NCBI GenBank assembly: GCA_010909165.1
Contig: VJWM01000302.1
Span: 1 to 64,000 of the forward strand
DNA length: 64,000 nt
Reading direction: 5' to 3'
Origin: Anthoceros angustus
Lineage: Eukaryota; Plantae; Anthocerotophyta
Part shown: piece after piece, positions 1-13,156 of the stretch
Position numbering within the stretch: the stretch's first letter is position 1
Layout of the letters: each line of letters opens with the position of its first letter
Program-made: the position numbers and the translations under genes
The notes under the pieces: model-generated
What the model saw: only the letters and a program-made list of their open reading frames with translations
Told to the model about the DNA's origin: nothing
Database searches by the model: none

Positions 1-80
1 GTGAGCGTGAGCGAAGCAGGGCCTTGACAGGTCCTTAAACGTTTAGCCATCACGGACTGTCACGGTGTTTATCGCAGTAG

Positions 81-1330
81 TTAGCGTGAACGTGTGCGTT
101 GGAGGCGAGCGGACGCAAAGTAGGACAAGAATCGCGAAATCAGGCAGGCATTCCCTTGAGAACGGACTCCTTCCCTACAGCGACATGGGATTGTCGCGGT
201 GGCCGTGGAAAGTCGCGCCACATCCACCTTCACCTTTTGGCGAGGCCGTGTACCACCCCGGTCTTCCTCTTTTCTTTGGTAGAAATTTCCTTCTCTTCTC
301 AGGCCCACTGCCACGGACTCCAATTTGTCATTCTCCTCGATTTCCTCCTTGGGCTCCTCCTTCCACTTCACCTCCCTAAGCGGCTTCCACATGTGAAGGA
401 GGCCACAATTCTCTACCTCTGAGGCGGTTAGCATGCGCATAAAGATGAACCAGAAATGGTGAAATTAGAGAGGGCCGAGGGTGGAGAAATCGAGTTCAAC
501 CTCTCTTCATACAACTTGTCAAAAGAATTCGTCCCGATCGATTTTGCCCCGACAACTTCATGGAGGAACGGCAGCAAGTGGTCGGACAAATAATCACGCT
601 TCTTGTAGAAAGCGAGGAGCCATCGGCCAAACCCATCAACTGTCTTTGTTGCCAATTCTCGCGTCGGCCCGTTGGGTTCCCGGATTCGCCCGCCTTAACC
701 GGGCGGTCTTTGCTAACTGTGCTCCTTTTAGGAGGTTCCATCACCAAACCACCTGCCTCCTCCTTTCTGCGCCCATACACTCTCCTAACCAATTCCAGAT
801 CCCAATCCTGAGGCTTCGCTCTAATTCCCTCACCCGGTTGCTTGTCCCTCAAATGGCGAACACACTTCTGCACCAGTCCCAAGTTCATGTAATTCCACCG
901 TTTCTCCATGAAGCTAAGCCCCAACTCTTCCACCAATTTCCCAGCTCGGACTTTCCAATGATCCATGTTTGGCCATTGGGCCAGCGCAATTTCAGCTGTG
1001 ACTTTGGGCGCCATCCCTCTCACTGATTTCCACGGCCTCGCGCCTCAAATCGATATGGCAATTTCTGGTGGGGTCGGTCTCGAGTTCCTACCTCCTCGTG
1101 GCAAGCGCCGTAGCGCCTTCCTCCTTTAGCGTCGCGACTCGCGATGTCGCTGATGGGGGTTCGGAGCTCCCTCCCTTCGTGGGTGCGCCTCGCGCCCTCC
1201 TGCAGATCGCAATGTCCTCCAGACGCAGCTCCTCGACTTCGTCGCGCTCCAGCCGTCGTTGCGCTCCGCTGCTCGCTCAGCCCGTGAGTCGTTGCACTCC
1301 ATTTGTTTGAGCGGACCTGCTTCCTAGGGT
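81..1330 (-). pseudogene. Frameshifted accessory ORF of an Athila-like Gypsy (family C), homologous to the LTR-embedded ORFs of families A and B
   Basis: ORF 496-1023 (LSFMEKRWNYMNLGLVQKC...PQDWDLELVRRVYGRRKEEAGGL) aligns by eye to 39582-40283 (LGWVYGRQWAYTNLELIEEC...PRCWTVRSIRQVYGRPEEESSGI). ORF 428-655 (SDHLLPFLHEVVG...PPSALS) aligns to 32629-33471 (DHLGDNLLVFLHALQRG...PPSALSPFL). Confidence 0.7.
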
Positions 1331-2579
1331 TAAGTTCCCCCAGGTTTCCCTACCCCTGTTCGACCTCTACGACCGCTTGCTCCACACCCCAGTCCACAAC
1401 CCCACACTCGTTCAGCTACCGCCCAATCGATTGACTCCAAGCCTATAGACCTATCATTCCCTAATCATACCAACCCCCTACCTCATATATATAGACTTTT
1501 TAGTGGACATCCCAAGTCCATGGGCCAAGGAACATCGAGTTCCCGGACCATTTATTATCTAACCTAAGAAATAAAAACAAGAAAAACCTCATAGGCCAAG
1601 GACATTTCTTCTATAAATACCTTTGCCTACTGTCAACCTGACTTATTTTCACACCACACTTAACCAAAAAAACAAAAAAAAACACTTCAAGGCACATTCC
1701 AACAGGAGGTTTCCAAGTGCAGATCGTTTACAGCCGCCACAGCGGAAAGAACGAGGACGGAAGGAGCAGATGCTGAGCAAGAGGTACATAAGAAAACCGG
1801 ATGCAGTGAGGGGAAGGTAAGCAATTCGTAAGGTCGTTGTGCACGCCTCTATATGTTGCACATGTATTGAAGGGCATGCTGCGATATATGAGCCGTGGGT
1901 GCGTGCAGAGGGCTGGAAGGGAGATGGATGCGATGGAAAGGGCAAAGCTGGTCGCGGACAAACGCAAGAGGAAGGGGAGGAAGAAAATCGCAAAACAGGG
2001 GGGGGTGTAGGAGGTTTCCTTCTCATGCTTACGATGAGGAGTAGGAAATTAGAAATGATGGGGAGGGCCATGTATGGAGCCTAAACAACCTGCGGTGCAT
2101 AGCAACACGGTTTTGAGCACAAACTCATGATAAGAACAAGCTAGTCGGTGATAACAAGGGCTGGGCGAGCCACGGCAGGAAGCCGACGGGCATGGGGCAC
2201 TGGAACCGTGGCGCCGCTAGAGAAGGTAGGTTGCGCGACACCGGATAGACGAAAAATAGGCCGCTGCGGTGAAATGTGGGGTGTATGTATCCCTACTGAG
2301 GTTTTGAAATGATGAATACAAAATGTACGATTATCACGTGTACAAATTATGTCGTTATCGATTGGCGTATATGGGTATTTTATACAAATGGAATATGATA
2401 TATCACGAATTTATCGTATATTACATATCGCCATGACCAGTATTTTACGAAGAATGTATGCGTACATGTATTTATATATGTGTATTCATACGAGCTACTA
2501 AGTGAAACCAAGTATTCTATATGGTAAATGTAGTAAAGGAGGAAGGTAGATGGGGAGGAGGTTCGGTACCAAGCCTCCA

Positions 2580-2849
2580 AAAGTGTTACAAGACTTTTCT
2601 TGTAACACTTTATATGTTGCAATCGTGTTGCAATCTTGAGAGAGGACAAAAGCGCTTCTCACTTCATCTCAACATAATTGCAACACCCTTGCAACATGGT
2701 TGCAACAAACACTCCGGGTTGGTTTCCAGCCAAAGTGTAACAAGCGGCCCAAAAAGTGTTACATGACCCCAAAATTGCAACATAAGTGTTACATCTAGGG
2801 GTCCAAATCTCAATATAAAGTGTAACATAGGCTGCCTTTTCTGGTAGGG
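2580..2849. mobile_element. Right end of a CACTA/EnSpm-like DNA transposon: terminal inverted repeat plus subterminal repeats
   Basis: TTTTCTGGTAGGG at 2837-2849 (reverse complement CCCTACCAGAAAA, cf. CACTACAAGAAAA). It is preceded by many direct and inverted TGTTACA/TGTAACA/TTGCAACA motifs, including a perfect 14-bp-arm palindrome at 2580-2611. It abuts the truncation point of Copia-1. Confidence 0.6.
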
Positions 2850-5800
2850 TTCCTCTTTGAATCCCAATTCATCTTCAGTCTTCACATGGCACTGCCGTTT
2901 AGGGCATCCAGGAACTGCAATCATGGCCAGGATAGTGAAGGAACAGCTGGTCAGTGGTATGGAATCTATTAAGCACATTCCAGAAAATTTTTGTGAAGCC
3001 TGCATCCATGGAAAACAAAGGAAACAGCATTTCGGTAGTGGAAAGGACAAGCCCAAAACTGAGCTATTGTCTCTTGTCCACTCAGATGTCTGTGGTCCTA
3101 TGTCAGTACCCTCCATAGGAGGTGGCAGATATTTTATAGTCTATATGGATGACTATTCACATTTCACGGTTCTGTATATCCTGAAGGCAAAGAGTGAAGT
3201 TTTCAGGACTACTTGGCCTATGCAGAGCGCCATATTGGCAAGTTGTTGAAGTCTCTTCGCTCGGATAATGGTGGCGAATACCTTTCCAATGAGTTTGAAG
3301 ATTTCTGCAGGCAGAGCGGAATCACTCGTCAATTGACAATCCCCTATAATTCAGAGATGAATGGGAGACCAGAGCGTAAGCATAGATCGCTGCAAGAATC
3401 AGCCCTAAGTATGCTTCATCAAGCAGGATTACCTCTAAAATTTTGGGCCGAAGCTATTGCTACAGCAGCCTGCCTACAGAACATCCTCCCTACTGCTGCA
3501 CTTGCTAAGGTGACACCCTTTGAGGCTTGGCACAATAGGAAGCCGGATGTTTCTTCATTGCGTATATTTGGTAGCCCTGCATATGCACATGTACCTCAGC
3601 AGTTACGCAGAAAATTGCACGCCAAGACTACACCATGCATCTTCATTGGCTATACATTTGGGATTCATGGCTACAAGCTGTATGATCCCCTCAAGCACAA
3701 GGTGTTTCATGAAAGATCAGTCATTTTTAATGAGAAGAGAGCCCTTCAACCTAAGGTTACAAATTCCTTACCTCATGAGACTCTCACATCCTTTGAGGAG
3801 TTTCCCTTGGAGGATGATCTTGCAGATACTGTGGAGGACGAGGAGGATGATACCCTATTAGCACCAGCTCCAGCTGCAGTGGGAGCACCATTTCCAGCAG
3901 GTCAGCAACTTCCATTAGGTCGGCCATTCCCAACTGGTCCCCAAGTCAATCAGCCAATTAATCAAGGTCATACCTCAGATAGTGATTTAGGTAGTGACCT
4001 TGAGAGGGGAAACATAGCTGCAGATTTTATTGATGACTTTGTTGCTGACCAGCCTGTCGGACCTCAACCTGATCATCCTGTCCTCTCAAAACCTCGTCAA
4101 CCAAGAGACAACTTGCAGCCAGTGGGAGCCTTGAGACGCTCCACTAGAAATCGACCTCCTAGATCCCAATGGTCAGAAAAGCCTTACACAGATGCTGAAT
4201 GGCAGTCTTCTAAGATCACACACACCCCAGCTGATCCCTCCAACTCACATTCAGAAGAAGAAAATGAGTCTGGACCTGATCTAGAAAATCTAGAAAACCC
4301 AAGAGTTGAAGCCTTTCTTGTGGCCAATGATGGCCTTGATCCCTTGACAATCGAGGCTGCTAGAACTGGCCCTGATAAAGAGAAATGGGAACCTGCAATT
4401 CAGTCCGAGTATAACTCATTAATGGATAATAAAACATGGGTACTAGTGGACAGACCTAAACGCAGAAAAATCATAAGCTGTAAATGGGTCTTCAAGCGAA
4501 AATTGAAGGCAGATGGCAGTATCGAACGATACAAGGCTAGACTATGTGCCAGAGGGTTCACACAAGTACCTGGTGTTGACTATTTCAACACTTTCTCGCC
4601 TGTGGTAAAACTTCAATCACTAAGAGTTATATTTGCATTTGTGGCCTTCTACTCCATGTTTATCCACTAGATGGATGTCAAGACTGCATTCTTGCAAGGT
4701 AATCTTGAGGAGGATATTTATATGTCTCAACCACCTGGTTTTATCAAAAAGGGACAGGAGGACAAGGTGTGCAAGTTAGTTAAAGCCATCTACGGACTCA
4801 AGCAATCACCTAGAGCCTGGTACCAAAGGCTGGACATATTTCTAATTGCTATGGGATTCAAAAGAAGTGAATCGGACTCTAATGTGTATATACTTGCAGG
4901 CAAAGAGGAGGACTACCTGTTCCTCGCAGTCTATGTTGACGATTGCATTCTAGCAAGTACCACAATGCCTCTATTGATGAGAGTCAAACACATGCTTTCA
5001 CAAGAGTTCGATATGTCAAACCTAGGTGAGTTGCATTGGTGTTTAGGCACACAGTTTAAACATGATAGAAATGCTGGAATTGTAACTATTCATCAAGAAA
5101 CCTATATAAAAACAATGTTAACAAGATATAACATGGCTGATGCCAAGCCAGCTAGTACTCCTATGGCCACTGGCATCAAACTCAGCAAGGATCAGTCTCC
5201 TAGGAACAAAGAGGAGATCAAATATATGCTTAGCGTACCGTACAGCCAAGCAGTTGGCTCTCTGAATTATTGCTCGACTAACTGTAGATGTGATATTTCG
5301 CAGCCTGTGAGTGCAGTGGCACAATTCCTCAGCAACCCTAGACCAATCCACTGGTCAGCCGTGAAAAGGATACTAAGGTACCTAAAATCAACTGCTAGCC
5401 ATGGCATAACATACTAATGAAGGAAACAGGGAGAAAAGCTTACCCTGCTGGGTTACTGCGATGCGGATTGGGCTGCTAACCCGGACACAAGAAAATCAAT
5501 CTCAGCATATTATTTTAAGCTTGCTGGAGGCGTGGTTACCTGGTCCAGTAAAAAGCAGACGTCAGTTTCGTTATCCTCAACCGAAGCTGAGTATCAAGCA
5601 TTAACGAAAGCAGCTAAAGAAGCTATTTGGCTCAGAAGGTTACTTACAGATCTTCAACAGCCACAGACTGAACCTTCCCTCCTTTTATGTGATAACCAAT
5701 CAGCATTGGCTCTAGCTAAGAACCCTATATATCATGCACGAACCAAACATGTGGAGGTGCACCATCATTTTATAAGGGATGCTGTTAGAAACAAGGAAAT

Positions 5801-6900
5801 CAAGCTGGAATACTGTAAAACAGATGAGAACTCAGCTGACTTGCTAACAAAGCCTCTCTCAAAGGAGAAACACCACACACACAAGGAAAACCTGAGTGTG
5901 GTAGACTGTTCAGAAAATCAAGTCACTTCTTAGTTCAGCGTGTCTGCATGCAGGTCTGTAACACTTCACAGCTCTTGTAGGTCAACACACACATGTCACT
6001 TTAGTATTTTAGTTAAGACTCTTGACAGTTCCTGTACACGACACAACAATAGTGTGCAATTTGATCAGTAGGAACTCACAGCTCGTAGCTAGCAAGGAAC
6101 AAGTAAGAATCTGCAGGCCCTTGGTATCCATCTTTCCCCAATCCACTTGCAGCAGCCGAGCACAGACGTGTGCGAATCTGCAGGAGCTGAGCTTGGACAG
6201 AGATGGGCGATTCTGCAGCGCCTTGGGTAGACTCACACAAGTAGCAGCCTTCTCACTCCACAATCCATCCAGATTTGTCAGGATTAAGAGCTGATCACGG
6301 CTCTTTCAGCCAGCGCTCCACCACCATCAGCCCGCGTTTGTAGCAATGGGAGCCATCAGGACATGCTCGCCATCAAGGGCAGGATCAGGCTTCACAGCTG
6401 AGGCACGCGAGATGAAGGATGTGGGCGCTCCAGCTGAGATGTGCGCGATGAGGGATGTGGGAGCGCAAGATGTGGTCTCGCGTCTATGTGAGATAAGCTA
6501 CCCACCAAGATGTGGTACTTGGTGAAGAGCAGTTCCACAGCGTTCGGATCATTTTTTAAATGTGAGTTTAGTCTTTTAAATGGTTTATCCATTTATTATT
6601 TATTTATCCTAATTGATTAATGCTAGTTATTAGCAGTTCAATGTTAGTTAATTACCTAATGGCTACGTAAGTGGGAGTGTTAAAATAGGGTTATCTTAAT
6701 AAACCCTAATTACAGAATATCAATTACTACACCATTAAGTTAATTAATAATTACCCTAATAGGTAAGATACCTAGGGGTACGACGTTTAGCAAACAACAA
6801 CATAAAAACAATTTTGTACTCAACATTTTATTATTATTATTTCTTTCAAGTTTAAGTTTACGTTCTTATATTCTGCCTAAGATGATATTCTAAACTCAAA
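2850..6900 (+). mobile_element. Copia-1: 5'-truncated Ty1/copia LTR retrotransposon
   Basis: Domain order GAG-pre-integrase, integrase, RT, RNase H; then PPT GTGGGAG at 6671-6677 followed by TG at 6678 starting an AT-rich 3' LTR that is cut at about 6900. Confidence 0.93.
2857..5933 (+). pseudogene. pol: Copia-1 pol (integrase-RT-RNase H), one frameshift and three nonsense codons
   Basis: Motifs WHCRLGH, LVHSDVCGP, LRSDNGGEY, CKWVFK, YKARL, MDVKTAFL, YGLKQSPRAW, YVDD, GYCDADWA, SSTEAEY, CDNQSA, ADLLTK. Frameshift near 3210; stops at 4668-4670 and 5415-5420. Confidence 0.95.
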
Positions 6901-7754
6901 CACATGAGCGGGAGATCGAGCGCCTCCAGCTGTGTTGGAGAGGAGAGGAAAGTCGGCGGCGAACCAAGGAGGTAGACATCGCCGAGTTGGAGAAGGAGTT
7001 GGAGGAAGCCGGGAGCCGAGCGAAAGTGCCGGGCCACCTGGAAAGGGAGATGGCGGGCCTCCAGGCAAAGGTGGATGGAGGGGACAGGGCTCTGCGAGAG
7101 GCGGAGGCTCTTGGTCCCATGCGGAAGCGGAGGGGCGAGCTCTATGGCTGACAAGTTGGCGAGTTACAACGGCAGGCGGGAGGAGGAGCCGCGAGGCGGC
7201 AAAAAGGCTGCGGGGGTGTCGAGAAGGCAGCCTTGGCGGCCTCTGAGAGTCGCCCGGCCGGTTAAGCGGGCCTAGCGACGGAGATGGCTCAGCAGGCCGG
7301 CCGACACGCCCAACTACCGGAGCACCTATGGAGGAGGGAGTACCGGGTGCTCCGGGCTCATGTGGAAGAGGCAATTCAACAAGTCAATTCGGACTTTGCC
7401 TATTACCACGCGGAGCTCCTCAAGGCCCTGGAGGTCCTGAGTCACCCTCGGCAGATGGACGGACCCCCGGACGGGTCAAAAGGAGGAGCGAGAGAGGAAG
7501 GCCCGAGACGATGCAACCTTAAGGACCTTGGGAGGCCAGTGGCGATAGCGAGCAGGAAGGATCATCTGGAGGAGCAGGACATAGTGGATGCCACTGCGCC
7601 TGAGGTAAGCACTCCGCACCCCGCCACGGAGGAAGGAGGAAGGCCCGAGGGGCCATGAAGGACATGCCCGGGAACCTTGGAACAACATGAGGGCCCGGTG
7701 GGTGAGGATGAACCTGCGGAAGTCCACGGCGGGGAAGTCCAAGGATTCATGAGG

Positions 7755-7985
7755 ACCAGGGTCCCGGACTCTAGAAAGGCCGGACCAAAGTCAAGGGCAG
7801 TCGGCCGGACCCCAAGTCCAGGACCCCAGTCGAGACCGGGACTCGAGGTCCCGGACTCGAAGAAAAACCCGGACCACTGGGACCCCAATCGAGACCGGAC
7901 CCCGAGGTCCGGACTCCAGAAGGAAGGCCGGACCATGAGGTCCGGACTCCAGAGTCGAGACTGGACCTCGAGGTCCAGACTCAGG
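7755..7985 (+). repeat. Degenerate ~30-bp tandem repeat (core GAGGTCCGGACTC) inside the B-family LTR ORF region
   Basis: Repeated ccggac-cc-cgaggtccggactcc units seen directly; a shorter homologous array lies at ~35740-35885 on the opposite strand. Confidence 0.7.
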
Positions 7986-8022
7986 AGGCGAGAGGGAATC
8001 ACCAACCACCTTTCGAGGAGAC

Positions 8023-8179
8023 CGATAACGATGTGCTAGGCATAGGCAGTGTCGTAACCAACAATGAATACTTAGCGATCAAAATTGTGTCTTATATAGT
8101 TGTATGTTAATGTAACCTAAAGGTAAGGTAAACTAACCATGTGAGGTTAACTAACTGTGGTTAAGTTCTAACCCTAACA
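8023..8179 (-). repeat. Copia-2 3' LTR (~157 bp)
   Basis: Shares acgatgtgctaggcatag...acaatgaatact and taagttctaaccctaaca with 14826-14897; preceded on the minus strand by PPT TAAGAGGAGG. Confidence 0.85.
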
Positions 8180-9022
8180 CCTCCTCTTAACCGAACACGG
8201 TTAACCAGGAGATGTAAATGCAACCAAGCGCATGAAAGCACCGTGACTGCCGCTTGAATTGCTTAAGGAAGGACGGAGCGAGAGCGCGAGGGGATTGTGA
8301 GACTCTAGCTGAGATGGAGATATGTATCCTCCTTGCCCTCGCCATTCTGTGTATCGCGATGGCTTCAGGTGCAGCTCTATCCAGCAACATGGTGTGCAAG
8401 CGGAACGGAGCTATCAGCAGCCAGAAAAGACCTCGGGAGGAGCCTCCATAAATGTGCAACCCTTCAGCCTTGTGAAGAAGAGATGCGAAATGGCCCATAC
8501 TAGTGGCGGAATTTGATCATCATGGTGAAGCGTGAAGAAGTGTGAGGAGGTGGAGGACCTGCTGAAGTCGGCAAAGGGCAAGGTTTTGGAACTACAGGAT
8601 TTGAGAGCAAACGCTCCACCTCGAATCCCTCGCATGTTCCACTCACAGTTACTAAGGTCAGGCACCTTGTGAAAGAGCTCGCGTTACTTGGATTCATCGG
8701 CACAGTTGGGGATGAACCTAGGTTGGCAACTTGTCTGACCCATTCCCTCTGAGGAACGTGGCGCGGTGGTTTTCCTACTCTTTTTTGTTGTGCGTCGATT
8801 GGTTTGGGAGCGACTCACGGTTTGAATGTTCTTTGACGGCTTCATCCACTAAAGCTGTCCACATTGTGACCACCTCTGAGGCTAGATAACTGCAACACCT
8901 CGTGAGGAGATTACCAGCAGCAAATATGTGGCAAGCTGCTGGAGACGTTCATGCTGCCTCTAGCTAGGTCATGTGTCAACATTAGGAGCTAGCAGGAGTA
9001 GGTAGCTGGAACTCTCGCAGCC

Positions 9023-12000
9023 CTAGTGCTGCCATATGTTTATAGTGTTTGGCAGTTGAGAGTCCTTTGGTAAGCACGTCGGCTGTGTTCTCATCATGTT
9101 GATGTACTGAACTTTTGCTACTCCTCTTTCGGATACATCCCGTATGTAATGATGATAAAGCTCTATGTGTTTCGTGCGTGCATGAAACCGAGGGTTTGCT
9201 ACAAGGGCGATGGCGATGGTTATCACCACAGTGGGTAGCGGTCAGGACATGTAGATGGAGTCAAGGAACTGTCTTTCCCACTCCAGTTCCTTGCAGGCAT
9301 CCGTCAATGCCTTATATTACGCTTGATTGGTGAGAGGCTAAAGGCGTTTGCTTTTACGGGACCAATTTACGAGGCAAGAAGGCAAACATATCTGCTGAAA
9401 ATGCGTCAGTATCGACAGAAGCCGGTCGGCATCAGCAAGGGCGGTAAGTATAAACTCTCGTTTCCCACTAGCAGTGTAATGCAAACCATAGGTGATGGTG
9501 CCTTTTAGATATCGATAGATTCGTTTAACTGACCTGATGAGGGGAGTTGTCGAGCCAGGCCACAACAACGGCTGGCGATGTCTGGGCGTGTCCAGTTGGA
9601 TAAAAAGATCAGGCACCCAAAAGCCTCAGCATACGGGACGTCGTGCATACGCTCTTCCTCCTCTGTTGTGCAGGGTGACTGGTCAGCAGTGAGCTTCACA
9701 CCAACCACACACGGAGTAGTCACGGATTTGGCCTCATGTAAGTGAACCGTTTCAAAATTTCCTTAAGATACTTAGTTTGATGCAGGATAATAGTGCCCTG
9801 GTCTCTGTCTCGCAGGATCTGGATACAGACAGGCTGCGAGGGGACCTTGATCGGTCATCTCAACTCACATAACAACAAGGCCTTAACCTTGTCAAGCTGT
9901 TCAGGGCTATTACTCAAGAGGATAGCGTCGTCAGCGTCAGCCAAGACCACAAACAGGCCTCCCTCAGCTAAGTAAAATACATTGGAATCAGCTGGGGATT
10001 GTACAAAACCTGCTTGGCGTAGGAACTTCATAATCCGCTTAAACCAAGCTCTAGGACTCTGTTTAAGACCATAAATGGTCTTGAGTAATTTACATACCTT
10101 CTTTGGCCATTTTTTACTAACAAAACCCTCCGGTTGCATCATGTAGAGAACCTCTTCAAGCTCTCCGTGAAGAAAAGCTGTGCATACATCCATCTGGTGG
10201 AGTTCCAGATCTAGTTCAGCAGCAAGGGCAAGAAGAATACGGACAGATGGAGGTTTCACTACAGGCGAAAAGGTATCCCCATAGTCGATTCCTGGAATCT
10301 GCGAGAAACCTCTGGCCACAAGCCTGCTTTTGTAACGCGCAATGGTACCATCAGACTTCAACTTGGTTTTAAAAACCCACTTACAGGTAATAGGCTTCCT
10401 GCCAGGCGGTAAGTCGGCAAGTTCCCAAGTGTTATTTTTAATAAGGCTGTTGTACTCATCATCGATAGAAACCCTCCAGTGTGCACCATCAGGCCCATTC
10501 AGGGCTTTGTTATATGTATGAGGATCTGGACGAACATCTGGAACATGGATGTCTGTAACATGAGCAGCTGGTTTTCGAAAGTCAATTGATTGATATGGAG
10601 TTTCTAACCAATTTTCCCTTGGCCTCCTCTCACGGATAGGATACCTCGGTTCCTCGGGATCACAGGAGAAGCGGAGTGTGGTTGTGCTTTGCTTTCGGGC
10701 ACCCCTGCTGGAACTCCTCATCACTTCGTGCACCAGCAGAACCGTCATCAGAATCAGAGAAGAACCCGAGATCATCCTTTCCTCTGCAGGGTCACAAATC
10801 GTATCCTGGTGGAGCATCCCCCTCGGGGAATGGAATATCTCGAAGAGGGTTCTATTTGCATCGGTTGGATGGACAGAGCTCAAGACTAACAGGCATCATC
10901 AAGATGACTGATGAGAGGTGGGGCTTCACCATCGGATGGATAATCGGATGAGTTTCCAAAGCCTATGATGAAGGAACATTTGAGCAATAAAGGATTAGGG
11001 GACAGTGTGACTTGGGGGCTATGTAGCTCGTCAAACGTAACACTACGTGCAAGTGTCAACTTAGAGGTCTGTGGGTCAAGCAATTTGTAAGCTTTGGATT
11101 CTTCAGAGTATCCTACAAACACAAGCTGCTTAGACCTGTTATCTAATTTACCTCGTTTGGCTTCAGGTATGAAAGCATAGGCGGGAGAACCAAACACTTG
11201 TAAGTGAGACAAGCTGGGTTTTCGACCCGAGCTTCATAAGGAGTCATGTCGGCTGGACATAAAAGCGATTGTGGATATATGTAGCGGCTACCTGACCTCA
11301 GGAAGGACTTGGGGAGAGGCCCATGTGACATACTCCGAGTCATTCCCATCAGCGTCTCATTTTCCTTTCATCAACTCCATTACAGTTGTTGTGTATAGGG
11401 GACATAAAGTTGCAATGTCGTGCTTCTCAAACAGATCATCAAACTTATGACACGCAAATTCTCCTTCGTTATCTATTAAAACACTTGACTAATCTACATG
11501 CGCCTCGAACCATATGCATCCATGGAGATATGTTCAAGACATCACTCTTGAGTTTGAGAGGAAAAGTCCAAGTGTATCCTCGAGAAATCATCCCGTCAAG
11601 GAAAGGAAATATTAGCACCTCCCAAGCTCTTAATGAAATTTGCACAATGTCGGCATGTATGAGCTCGATTGCTTTAGCCTAGTTGGCTCTTTGTTTCTGA
11701 AGGGTTGCTCCTTTGCTTTGACGAATACATGGAGCCACCACGTCGACAAGTGTTTGAAGCGGTGAGGGAGTTTTTCGATAGAAACTTGAGTTTGGACATA
11801 AGGATCAAGCTTAGACACATTAACATGCCCAAGCCTAGCATGCCAAAGGTTAGCCTTTGAACATATATATGCAAAGCGAGCTCTAGCTTTAGACTTTGTA
11901 ACTGTAACAAGTTGATACAAATCATTAACGAGAATTGCCTTGGCTATGTGTTTATCAGGGTGTGACAGATTGTACATGTAACATTTTTTGTCCTCAAAAC

Positions 12001-13156
12001 GGAAGCCATACAACCTAGTCTGTGCAATGGCTCTAATGGACAAGAGATTTTTGCTCATGGAACATACAAAACGTCTTCAAGATGCAGGGTGGTGCCATCA
12101 AGCAGTGGAATGTTAACGACACCAACACCTCTACCTCAACACCACGTGAGTCTCCTACAAACACTGATTGTGGCATGGACTGTTTGTGATATGTTGAGAA
12201 CATCTGACGATTGTTGCAAACATGTGCTGTAGCTCCAGAATCGATAAACCAGTGATTAGAGGTTTCACGATAAGAGGTAAGGCAAACCGTTAACACAGAA
12301 CTGCTATTCTTGTGTATTGGAGTTGGATTCTGTCCAACTGCTCTGTCCTTAGATGTGACATGTGCTTCAGGTTTGAAGTCACGCTTAGGATCTACCTGCT
12401 TTTTCTTCCGGCAGTCCCTTTCCCAGTGACCCAAAAATCCACACCAGTTGCAGTTTCCCTGGCGTTTAGTGGAGCCAGATGAGTGTCAGTTCTGGCCACC
12501 GTTGTTATTGTTGCTGAACTTATCCTTCTTACTCTTATCTTTCCCCTTCCAAGGGCCTTTTCCTTTTGCAGCAAAAAGGACCTTGTCACCTCTGGCGACC
12601 ACGAACGATCTTCGACTGTTCTTCTTGTAGGAGGGCTCCAACCACTTCATTGAAGTTGATAGTAGCGATTCCGATGGCAAGACATGACATATGAGTCCAC
12701 GAGAGCGAGTTGGAGAACAAAAGTCTGATAGGAGGCAGGGAGGCTGGCAATGAGCTGAGCAGTCATGTCCACCTCCGAGATTTTGCTGTTGAGGGTAGCA
12801 AGCTGTGCTCTAAGATAGCATAGCTTCGACACATGTGCCCCAACCGATTCTCCATCCTTCAAACGCAGAGCATGGAAAGCATTACGGGCAGTAACCAAGG
12901 TAAGTATGTTTTGTACTTGATATGTGTCCGTCAACTGTTTCCAAACTGCAGCTGCTGTATCATGAAACTCCACCTCTGTGACGGTGGTTTCATCAAGTCC
13001 TGACAGCAAGATAGCATAAGCAATCTTGTTGCCCTTCTTCCACTTGTCAATAACATCTTGTGTCGGCTGATTTCCACCAACAGGCACAATGGAAGGATCC
13101 GGGAGAGTGCCATCGGCGTATTCCCACACATCGCAAGCGTTGAGATTGGCCTTCAT
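9023..13156 (-). pseudogene. gag-pol: Copia-2 gag-pol (frameshifted)
   Basis: gag 12647-13156 (VWKQLTDTY); zinc knuckle CNWCGFLGHWERDC; protease WFIDSGAT; LWHARLGH; FGSPAY...FVGYSEESKAY; RT CKWVFK, HQMDVCTAFLHG, YGLKQSPRAW; RNase H FHARTKHIE. Confidence 0.93.

Noticed and set aside
7755-7985. CRISPR-like repeat array
   Set aside because: Degenerate tandem units without unique spacers, no cas genes, and located inside a retroelement.
8165-8179. AACCCTAA telomere-like motifs (also near 6702, 13709, 14888 and 61531)
   Set aside because: Isolated single units (telo-box-like), not tandem telomeric arrays.
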